A stretch of DNA of 64,000 nt from Alphaproteobacteria bacterium (GTDB lineage: Bacteria; Pseudomonadota; Alphaproteobacteria; MPNO01). Made by a program: the position numbers and the translations under genes. Under the pieces are notes generated by a model. That model saw only the letters and a list, made by a program, of their open reading frames with translations, had not been told where the DNA came from and ran no database searches. The number at the start of each line of letters is the position of its first letter. The stretch's first letter is position 1. The stretch is taken from assembly GCA_965202835.1 (NCBI GenBank), contig CBDBCA010000006.1:806035-870034 (forward strand), read 5' to 3'. Positions 44,939-52,450 of the stretch are shown here, in pieces.

Positions 44939-47050
44939 TCAGGACTCTTCCTTGCTTTCCCCGAAGACCGCCGCATTGAAGCCGGCGATCAGCCGGGCCA
45001 GCGGTTCTTCGCCACCGAACACCCGCCGCGCCTGATCGTAGCCGCCCAGCGCGCTGAAAGGGTGCGCGTCGAAATCGTAGTCCCCGAAGGCGGTCATGGT
45101 CGTCGCGTCGGCTCGGGCCCGGCTTCCAATCAGTTTGGCCCAGCGCGCCTGCTCGGCATCGAAGTCGTGCGCCTTGTGCCAGGATTCGAACCGAATGCCG
45201 ATCTCCGCCGCGCGGGCCTCGTGCTCGGGCGTCCTCACGATCCTGCCGTCCTCGTCGAGGGTCAACCATTCCCGGCTCGCCGGGTCGATGCGATCCCCCA
45301 CGTCGAGCGTCAGCAGCGCCCGCGGGTCGCCGGTGCCGGTCGGCTGGCGCCTGGTCCCGATCCCACCGGGAATGTCGCCATCGTCGTCGCCGTGGAAATC
45401 CGTCACGCCCACGAAATCGAACATCGTGAAATCGGTCTTTTTGATGTGCGGCGCCTTGCGTGTCCCGCGACCGCGCATCTGCCGGTAGAGGATCGCACTT
45501 TCGGTGTAGCGTGCCATCACGAGGCCGACCACTTCCGGGCAGTCGAAGCCGGTATCGAGCATGTTCACGCTGACCAGGATCTTCGGGAAGTCCTCGTCCT
45601 TGAAGCGCTTGATGATGGCGGTGGCGTCCGGCGCCGGACCGCCGCCCACGTCGCTCACCACGAAATCGGCGTAGCGCACCGTCGGATGGGGTTTCAGGTC
45701 GGCGAAATGCTCGTCGAGCATGGTCGCCAGGGTCTCCGCATGGCGCCGCGTCACCGCGAAGACGATGGTCTTGCCCCAGCTCGGGAACCGCCGCACCCCG
45801 TCCCTGCCGGTGAAGCCGTTTTCCAGGACTTCCCGGAACTCGCGCACGATGGCGCGGTTGCGCTCGGGGATGGTGAACTTGCGTTCCAGCGCGCGCGGGT
45901 CGACGGAGATGGTGTCCGAGGCCGCGAACAGCTCTTCGAACTCGGCCCTCGTCGCCTCGTCCATCGCGGTCCAGTCGAGCTCGTCGCGGCGAACCGGGAA
46001 CCCGCCCTCGGCGGCGGTCTTGACCGTCAATGCGCGGTAGATGCCGTAGGGCACCAGATAGCCCTCGGCGATCGCCTCGCGAAGCCCGTAGCGGAAGGTC
46101 GGCCTGTCGACCTCGAAGAAGCGGAGCGTGTCGCGGACGAACAGCCCGTCCTCGGGGTCGGCCACCTCGTCCGCCACGGCGGCGGTGCAGGGCGTCGCGG
46201 TCAGGCCGAGTTGGATGGAATCGAAATGCCGCAACACGCCGCTCCACTTGCCGTAGATCGAGCGGTGGCACTCGTCGGTGATCACCAGGTCGAAATAGCC
46301 GGGCGAGAGGTCGCGGTATTCCGCGATCATCGTCTGGAGCGTGGCGATGGTGATCCGCTTGGCGCGGTCGAAGCCGCGGCCGGGGCGCAGCACGTGGCAG
46401 GGGTAGTCGCGGAGATGGTCGGTGAAGGCGTCCTCGGCCTGTCCCGCCAGCGCGATCCGGTCGACGAGGAACAGCACGCGGGTGACGGCCCCGGCCTCGA
46501 ACAGCCGCTTGACTAAGGCCGCCGCGGTGCGGGTCTTGCCGGTGCCGGTCGCCATCTCCACCAGCAGCTTGCGGCGGCCGCGCGAGACTTCGGCGGACAG
46601 CGTCTCGATGCACGCGATCTGGTAGTCGCGATCGACGATCCCGCGGTCGATTTCGACGGTCGAGAGGTCGCGGCGGAGCGAGCGCGCGGCGATCCGCCGC
46701 TCGAGATCGTCCTGTGCATAGAACCCCGCGATCCGGCGCGTGTGCGCGTCCGTCTCGCGGTCGAGGAACCGGACCTCCTCGCCGTTCGACAGGAAGACGA
46801 ACGGCACGTCGAGTTGTTCCGCGTAGTGGCGGCCTTGGTCCTGAGCGAGGATCGGGTCGACGCTGGCACGCTTTGCTTCGAGCGCCGCCATCGGCCGTCC
46901 CGCGCGGTCGCAGAGCACGTAGTCGGCCAGCGTGCCGTCGGGGAGCGCGTATTCGAACAGGACGCTTGCGCCGTCCGTGATGTCCCAGCCGGCATCCTTG
47001 AGGAGCGCGTCGATCTTCGCGCGCGCGAAGGCCTCGGTGGTGCCGGTCAT
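44939..47050 (-). CDS. hsdR: Type I restriction enzyme endonuclease/translocase subunit
   Basis: It has an N-terminal PD-(D/E)xK motif ('ADYVLCD...ALEAKR'), SF2 helicase motif I 'MATGTGKT' and motif II 'DECH'. The start is placed at Met30 of the tracked ORF (MTGTTEAFARAKIDALLKDAGW). Confidence 0.9.
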   Translation of the reverse strand: MTGTTEAFARAKIDALLKDAGWDITDGASVLFEYALPDGTLADYVLCDRAGRPMAALEAKRASVDPILAQDQGRHYAEQLDVPFVFLSNGEEVRFLDRETDAHTRRIAGFYAQDDLERRIAARSLRRDLSTVEIDRGIVDRDYQIACIETLSAEVSRGRRKLLVEMATGTGKTRTAAALVKRLFEAGAVTRVLFLVDRIALAGQAEDAFTDHLRDYPCHVLRPGRGFDRAKRITIATLQTMIAEYRDLSPGYFDLVITDECHRSIYGKWSGVLRHFDSIQLGLTATPCTAAVADEVADPEDGLFVRDTLRFFEVDRPTFRYGLREAIAEGYLVPYGIYRALTVKTAAEGGFPVRRDELDWTAMDEATRAEFEELFAASDTISVDPRALERKFTIPERNRAIVREFREVLENGFTGRDGVRRFPSWGKTIVFAVTRRHAETLATMLDEHFADLKPHPTVRYADFVVSDVGGGPAPDATAIIKRFKDEDFPKILVSVNMLDTGFDCPEVVGLVMARYTESAILYRQMRGRGTRKAPHIKKTDFTMFDFVGVTDFHGDDDGDIPGGIGTRRQPTGTGDPRALLTLDVGDRIDPASREWLTLDEDGRIVRTPEHEARAAEIGIRFESWHKAHDFDAEQARWAKLIGSRARADATTMTAFGDYDFDAHPFSALGGYDQARRVFGGEEPLARLIAGFNAAVFGESKEES

Positions 47051-47093
47051 CGCTTCACGTGCGCCGACCGCGACGGCAATTCGGGCGCGGCTG

Positions 47094-47438
47094 TCACCGC
47101 TTGCGCCCCGATCTGGCGATGCGCTGGACCTCGGCACGTTGGAGGCGGAACTGCCTAGCGATCCCAGCCGGTTTCACACCCGCCTCCAGCGCCGCCCGGG
47201 CGACCCGTTCGAGACCGAGAGAGATCGCGCTCGCTCGTTTCCCGGCGGATGGGCCGGAACCGCTCCTCGATACCGCGTCTCTACGGTTTCCGCGACCATC
47301 GCCCGTTTCATTTACCGTCAAGCCGCGCCGCCGCACCTCCGCCGTTGCCGTGCGCAGCAATTCCTCCAGTTGAGAGTCGTTGAGATGGCGGAGCGACCGC
47401 GCAAGGTTACCCGGCAGGGCGAGTTTGGGCGGATCCAT
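47094..47438 (-). CDS. small hypothetical protein with a C-terminal resolvase/Hin-like HTH
   Basis: 114 aa. 'GVKPAGIARQFRLQRAEVQRIAR' resembles HTH_7/HTH_23. It lies immediately upstream of hsdR on the same strand. Confidence 0.45.
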   Translation of the reverse strand: MDPPKLALPGNLARSLRHLNDSQLEELLRTATAEVRRRGLTVNETGDGRGNRRDAVSRSGSGPSAGKRASAISLGLERVARAALEAGVKPAGIARQFRLQRAEVQRIARSGRKR

Positions 47439-47459
47439 GTCGGTCGGCCCGCTTCCGGA

Positions 47460-48089
47460 TCACCAGTTCATGCCGAGCCTGCCCTGGCCCGCTCCGGTTT
47501 CCGGTTCCCCGGATGCGGCATTCCTGTCCGGTGTATCCCCTGTCCGCACGCTCGCCGCCTCGCCCGGCTCCCGGGACGGATCGGTTTCTGAAGGGGAGCT
47601 GTCGCCGGAAGTACCCGCCGAGACGTTGGCCCCAGGAGACTCCGGCGCGTCCGGTGCACCGCCGTCGGCCGCCGAAGGAGACGCGGCCGGCGACCAGCGG
47701 CCGTCCTTCGACTCATACCGGCCCTGCCGCCCTCCCGTGTGCAGCTCCACCCGGATCGACGAAAGCTTGACCAGCCGTTCCGCGTCGGTTGTCGCACAGT
47801 TCAGGATTTCTTGCGGCGTAGCCTCCGGCCGGTCGCGCATCGCCCGTTCCACCAGGGCGCGCACCGTGCCCCGTGGCGCGCGCTTGCCTCCGCCCGCCCG
47901 CGGCCTGCCCGCCGTCCGTGCCGCGCGAGGCCTTCCCCGCTGCGGCCGAGGCGCCGGTTCCGTTGCGGCCCCGAGGGCTGCCCGAATTTCCTTCCGGGCA
48001 TCGGTCCGGCCGCGCGCGTAAGCCTCCGCCTCGATCTCTGCCACCAGCGCCGAAAGCCTGTCCCCCGCGCTCTCCTGACTCTTTGCCAT
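47460..48089 (-). CDS. hypothetical protein: N-terminal coiled coil, two RGRP/GRPR AT-hook-like motifs, Ser/Pro/Gly-rich tail
   Basis: 209 aa. It has 'LSALVAEIEAEAYARG' followed by 'RPQRGRPRAARTAGRPRAGGGKR'. The frame is GC3-rich. Confidence 0.45.
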   Translation of the reverse strand: MAKSQESAGDRLSALVAEIEAEAYARGRTDARKEIRAALGAATEPAPRPQRGRPRAARTAGRPRAGGGKRAPRGTVRALVERAMRDRPEATPQEILNCATTDAERLVKLSSIRVELHTGGRQGRYESKDGRWSPAASPSAADGGAPDAPESPGANVSAGTSGDSSPSETDPSREPGEAASVRTGDTPDRNAASGEPETGAGQGRLGMNW

Positions 48090-48242
48090 CCATGCGTTCC
48101 CCTGATCGTTGCCATGATGCCGAGATGCGCGGCATTCCGTAGAGCGATAACGACCCGCGACGCCCGCCGCAACCGTGATGAACGACGGTGCCGAAATTCT
48201 CGTAGGAAGGCGCGACGGTCACCGCGAGAGAGGTGATTGCAG

Positions 48243-48377
48243 ATTTCGACGGTACTCAACTATTTCGACAGCGGGCATATCACATTGCCCAAGTTTCAGC
48301 CCGGCTATGTCTGGAACCGCGTTCAAGTACGGGGGTTTTTCGATTTCTTCTACCGCCATCATCCAGTGGGTGGCCTG
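48243..48377 (+). pseudogene. N-terminal remnant of a DUF262 (GmrSD/ParB-like nuclease) gene
   Basis: 'ISTVLNYFDSGHITLPKFQPGYVWNRVQVRGFFDFFYRHHPVGGL' matches the DUF262 'IP.FQR.YVW' N-terminal motif. Homology stops after about 47 codons. Confidence 0.55.
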
Positions 48378-48464
48378 CGCCCGCAGCGGATGATCCGCCG
48401 GTACCCGGGAATTCAGATCCGCGTAGCTGAACAACCCATCGTCCCGCTCGTCCACACCCCGCAT
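48375..48464 (-). mobile_element. IS5/IS1182-type transposase N-terminal fragment (DUF772-like)
   Basis: The minus-strand translation 'DDGLFSYADLNSRVPADHPLRA' matches the conserved InsH-type N-terminal motif. Only about 30 codons remain, abutting the DUF262 remnant. Confidence 0.5.
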
Positions 48465-48493
48465 CGCAACCGCCGCAACCAATTATCACGGAA

Positions 48494-49660
48494 TCAAGAA
48501 ATCGCGAGATCGAGAGCCGTGGCACGCTGCTTTCTTTCTTCGAAAGCTCGTATCGGCTCGTCGAGAGGGGGAAGGATTTCATGAAATCCACTGTGCAAAT
48601 TCCGAAACATCCGAGCAAGAATTCCAAGTAGATCGTGGACGTCCTTCTTATTCTCATGAATGTGCTGCTTCAGCCGTACCGTCGTGTCTCTACTATCGTC
48701 CAGGTACTTTTGATCCACTTCGCCTGCATTATGTTCGTAAACATGACGACGATGAAACATCAAAATAGTCTGCTTGCGCTCATTCTCCGAAATTTCAGAA
48801 AAGATGTCAATATCAAACCAAGTAAGCAGAATTTCTGAGACCTCAGAAAGATCGTGAAAGCCCTGCTTCAATAGCCGTTGTTTGCGACGTCGCGACATTG
48901 GAACGAGATTGGCCAATTGCATCCCTACCTGCCGGACAAAAGACTCGAACGCCGCAACAGCGTCCCTCAAGCAATCTTCCGGAAGACTATCTGCGTTCAG
49001 TTGCGCTCGAATTTCTGGGACGACACTATTCTCAAATTCCATTAGATCATTTCGCGTGCAACACATGGAGCAATATCCAAATCTACCCAAGATATCGTTG
49101 AACTCATTGCAAGCGGAACAATTGAATTTCTTCTGTTGACTTTCTTCAGATACGTAGAACGAGGGTCTTTCTTCGTCCTTAAACGCAGCATCGGCGACCG
49201 CATCCATATCAATTTCTACTCTGCCGTCTTCCTTTGAGTCGAGGGCTTCGAACAGAGTGTTACAGTAGTGCTTCACGTAGCGAAGCTGCGCTTCGGAGAG
49301 AAACTGATAAGGGGCAAACGACGCTGCACAGTACGGACAGAAATGGGGCCAAGGGCCGCTGCGCCAGTACCCTCCACAATGTGGGCATTTGTGACCAAAA
49401 TAACCTTCGCTATCGGACGCAATTAGCACAGGAACACATTCAGAGAATGGCGGCGGATTCCACGGCTGTCCGATTCCACGAAGTTCAATGCATTCCACTA
49501 CCACTCCCTGGGGAAGGGCGTAGACGCCAATCAAGGAATGAGGAACGGATCGACTAGACTTGAACGTTACCTGATAAGCTTGTCTTCCATCATCATCCGT
49601 CTTGAGATCGAACGTGATCTTACCACCAGAGTGGCTCACTTCTACGAAGTCTCTGCTCAT
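48494..49660 (-). CDS. hypothetical protein with two zinc ribbons and a C-terminal HEPN-like Rx4H motif
   Basis: 388 aa from AT-rich DNA. It has Cys pairs C92xxC95...C108xxC111 and C181xxC184...C197xxC200, plus 'FHRRHVYEHNAGEVD' (R305-x4-H310). It is monocistronic. Confidence 0.6.
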   Translation of the reverse strand: MSRDFVEVSHSGGKITFDLKTDDDGRQAYQVTFKSSRSVPHSLIGVYALPQGVVVECIELRGIGQPWNPPPFSECVPVLIASDSEGYFGHKCPHCGGYWRSGPWPHFCPYCAASFAPYQFLSEAQLRYVKHYCNTLFEALDSKEDGRVEIDMDAVADAAFKDEERPSFYVSEESQQKKFNCSACNEFNDILGRFGYCSMCCTRNDLMEFENSVVPEIRAQLNADSLPEDCLRDAVAAFESFVRQVGMQLANLVPMSRRRKQRLLKQGFHDLSEVSEILLTWFDIDIFSEISENERKQTILMFHRRHVYEHNAGEVDQKYLDDSRDTTVRLKQHIHENKKDVHDLLGILARMFRNLHSGFHEILPPLDEPIRAFEERKQRATALDLAIS

Positions 49661-49873
49661 GTCTCGCCGTTACTCCCTAGCTACATGGTTATTCTATGCT
49701 AGCCCACGAGAATGTTCCAGAAATCGCACAGATTTTACCGGTGGCGACGGCTGGATTCCACACGAATATCAGGCTTATGAGGGATTGAAGGCCTGGGGCA
49801 TGAGGTCTCCGACACGATCATTTGGATGTCTGGCGGCGATGACTTCGAGCGTGCCCTAAGGGGCTGTACAGCT

Positions 49874-50197
49874 TCACCGGAAGAGCCTCACGAGCGCGTA
49901 GCGCTGGGTACTGTGCTTCCGGGGAACCGCTTGCTTGAGCTTTTCCAGGTTCGTCAGCTTCCGGCGAACGGCGGGCAGGTAAGCGGCTTCGGGCACGTCG
50001 ATCAGGCCGAAGTCCAGCTTGGCATCGTGCAGGGAGAGTAGGAAGGTCGCGACGTGGCCGGTCAGCCCGCAGGCCGCCGCCACTCCTTGAAACGGCATGT
50101 CGGGGGTTACGAAGAAGGTGCGTCCCCACCGAACCGTCCCATATCGAAATCGTCGCCGAGGTGGATAGCCGCGCCCGTCGCTCGACGTAACGACCAT
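49874..50197 (-). CDS. hypothetical protein (weak call)
   Basis: About 107 aa from the internal Met of the tracked ORF. The frame is GC3-rich and I recognised no family. Confidence 0.3.
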   Translation of the reverse strand: MVVTSSDGRGYPPRRRFRYGTVRWGRTFFVTPDMPFQGVAAACGLTGHVATFLLSLHDAKLDFGLIDVPEAAYLPAVRRKLTNLEKLKQAVPRKHSTQRYALVRLFR

Positions 50198-50330
50198 CCG
50201 CTGCCGCCCCGCGCGATCCCGCGTATCTTCCGGAAGAGAGTTGAGAGAAGCCTTGAGCCGGTCGGCGTTGGGGTGTCCCGGGGAAGGACATCTCCTCCGC
50301 CATCCACCACCGGCACGAGGAGACGGAAAC

Positions 50331-50660
50331 ATGGCGACAGCGCTGGCGATGCCCGGCAACACTGCGGACACCTTCCTGGTACATTTCTTCGGGACCGGCC
50401 TGGCCGACGATCGCTATGTAGTCGAGAAATTCCGGGCGCGCGCGGACGGCGACATCGTACCCATCCCCGCCGGGCCGACCGGAACGAACGGCCGCCGCGG
50501 GAAGGCGAAGCACACGATTGTCTCGCGCGAGCAGGCGGAGGCGATGCGGCCCGACCGCACGGAGATCATCATCTGCACGGGGCTCAGCACCCGCGGCGGT
50601 CGCCAGGCGTGGGGGAGCGTAGCCGCCGGTCTCCTGTGCGACCGCAGGCAGCGGGGCTGA
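50331..50660 (+). CDS. hypothetical protein (weak call), upstream of the zinc-ribbon repeat gene
   Basis: About 109 aa (MATALAMPGNTADTFLVHFFG...). The frame is GC3-rich and I recognised no family. Confidence 0.3.
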   Translation: MATALAMPGNTADTFLVHFFGTGLADDRYVVEKFRARADGDIVPIPAGPTGTNGRRGKAKHTIVSREQAEAMRPDRTEIIICTGLSTRGGRQAWGSVAAGLLCDRRQRG

Positions 50661-50749
50661 GACGCGGTTCTCCAGGATGCCCGGCCGGCCCCCATCCGGG
50701 TCGGCCGGGCGTCCCTCTCCCCTTTTCCCACGGCAATGAGGATGCTCCC

Positions 50750-51901
50750 ATGTGCGAGCAGCAGGACATCGAGGCCCGCCGCGCGCGCGACCTGCAGCGC
50801 CGGCGTCGCCGGGCGGCCGAGCGCCGCGCCCGGGGGCTCTGCGTAAAATGCGGCAAGCGTTCGCCCGAGCCGGAGCGCAGCCAGTGCGGGCCGTGCGCCG
50901 GGAAGCGGCGGAAGGCCGATCTGGAACGCCACCATCGGCGGACCGCCGAACGCACCGCCCTGGGTTTGTGCCCCAGATGCGGCAAGCGCGAACCGGCGCC
51001 CGAGCGGGTACTGTGCGAGCCCTGCGGCGAGAAGCGGACCCGCGCGAGCCGGACCCGCGATGCCCGGCTGCGCGCCGAGGGAGTTCCGCGCCGCGACCCT
51101 GTCCGCGCGAAAGCCTACGAACGGAAGAGGTCCCGCTGCGAGCGTGCCGCGCGCGAGGCCGCCGGCATCTGCACCGCGTGCGGCGCGACGCCCGCCGCCC
51201 CGGGCCGGGTTCGCTGCGAGCCATGCCTCGAGAAGCGCCGGGCGGCGGACCGTGAGAAATACGCCGCCGGCAAGGCTGCCGGGCTGCCCTATGGGGGCTC
51301 GAACATCGAGGCGAAACGGCGCGGCGCCCGCGCCAGGAGCAAGACGCGCCAGAAGGAGCGGATCGAGGCCGGGCTGTGTATCCGCTGCGGCAAGCACCCG
51401 CCGGTCGAGGACGGGACGACCTGCCAGACTTGCCGTGACAAGAGGCAGGCGGCGGAGCGCCGGCAGTACCAGGATCGGCGTACCGCCCGGCTTTGCACGA
51501 GATGCGGGGGGCCGGCGATCAACGGCCTGTCGCGCTGTACCCCATGCGCCATCGTCGAGGAGGCCAGCCACGATCCGGAGCGCAAGAACGCGCGCTCGCG
51601 CAAGCTGTATTCCGAACGGAGGGCCCGGGGGTTGTGTACATCCTGCGGGGCGCCGTCACAGGGAGCCAGCCGATGTGCCCCGTGCGCGGAGCGCAGCTAT
51701 CACGGCTCGGCGCATTTCAGGGGCATCCCGGTCTGGGACCCGACCTGGACGGTGATCGAGCTGGACACGGGGCGCGCGCACGGCCCGTTCGACAGCGAGG
51801 CCGACGTCGCCCTCTGCCTGGTCTTCGAGAAGCTCGACCGCGACCGGGTCGAGATCGTCACCGACGCGAGCCCGATGGCCGCGTTGACGTCCTGGTCCTA
51901 G
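50750..51901 (+). CDS. hypothetical protein made of six tandem CxxC-(8-11)-CxxC zinc-ribbon repeats with basic linkers plus a ~60-aa C-terminal domain
   Basis: 383 aa from the ATG at 50750 (MCEQQDIEARR...). The repeats are GLCVKCG..CGPC, GLCPRCG..CEPC, GICTACG..CEPC, GLCIRCG..CQTC, RLCTRCG..CTPC and GLCTSCG..CAPC. Confidence 0.65.
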   Translation: MCEQQDIEARRARDLQRRRRRAAERRARGLCVKCGKRSPEPERSQCGPCAGKRRKADLERHHRRTAERTALGLCPRCGKREPAPERVLCEPCGEKRTRASRTRDARLRAEGVPRRDPVRAKAYERKRSRCERAAREAAGICTACGATPAAPGRVRCEPCLEKRRAADREKYAAGKAAGLPYGGSNIEAKRRGARARSKTRQKERIEAGLCIRCGKHPPVEDGTTCQTCRDKRQAAERRQYQDRRTARLCTRCGGPAINGLSRCTPCAIVEEASHDPERKNARSRKLYSERRARGLCTSCGAPSQGASRCAPCAERSYHGSAHFRGIPVWDPTWTVIELDTGRAHGPFDSEADVALCLVFEKLDRDRVEIVTDASPMAALTSWS

Positions 51902-52190
51902 AGCCCGGGAGGCACGTGCCGTCGGCCAGCACGCGGCGGAACACCGGCTCGCCCATGCCGAGACGCTGCCGGGCTGCATCCGGGAGTGGCGGGATCCGGA
52001 GCAAACGGTTCGCACCGTGCCGGCGTTGCCCGGTTCCGGGTGTTCGCGATCGCGTGGTGCGCCGGTCGATCCGGGTCTTGCGTCGTTTGCCGGTCTTGGT
52101 CAGGTGGACGTTGACGGCGATGTGCGCGGTGACGGCGCGCCCGCGCTGCGCATCGACGGGCGGCCACGTCATAGCCTTTGTCGGCGCCGA
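51900..52190 (-). mobile_element. degenerate IS5-family DDE transposase fragment (frameshifted)
   Basis: The minus-strand translation has 'IGADKGYD' followed, in another frame, by '...GRAVTAHIAVN...RIDRRTTR', which resembles the IS5-group C-terminal region. No intact ORF is present. Confidence 0.45.
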
Positions 52191-52191
52191 T

Positions 52192-52344
52192 ACGCATGCG
52201 AGCCCCGCGGTGATGAACGGAGTGCCGGTACCGGTGGTATCTCGGATGCTCGGCCATGCCGATGTGGGCATGACGCTACGTTACGCCCATTTCGGAGATC
52301 GCGAAATCGAGGCGCCTGCCGAGAGGGTCGGTCGGGCCGTCGCG
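52192..52344 (+). pseudogene. C-terminal fragment of a third tyrosine integrase, paralogous to integrase 2
   Basis: 'THASPAVMNGVPVPVVSRMLGHADVGMTLRYAHFGDREIEAPAERVGRAV' aligns with integrase 2 'THASHAVMNGVPVPVVSRLLGHSNVRMTLRYAHLGDREVEEAAERVGQAI'. Everything N-terminal to it is missing. Confidence 0.75.
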
Positions 52345-52450
52345 AGATCATGCGCCTGGATAGCCGCTGATCGGAAATCGTGGTCGATCAGCACCGTCGC
52401 GGGCCAGGTGAAATTTACCTCATAGCCCCATTCTTTTGTGTTTCCTGCCG

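Noticed and set aside
50930-50937. An 8-nt partial match (CACCATCG) to the att core inside the zinc-ribbon gene, which could be an internal att remnant.
   Set aside because: It is too short to be meaningful in GC-rich DNA, lies within a coding repeat (codons for HHRR), and is not at any compositional boundary.
49818-51224. A 468-aa minus-strand ORF and several other long ORFs overlapping the zinc-ribbon repeat gene.
   Set aside because: These are Arg/Pro/Gly-rich shadow frames. Only the plus frame from 50750 yields the regular CxxC...CxxC periodicity.
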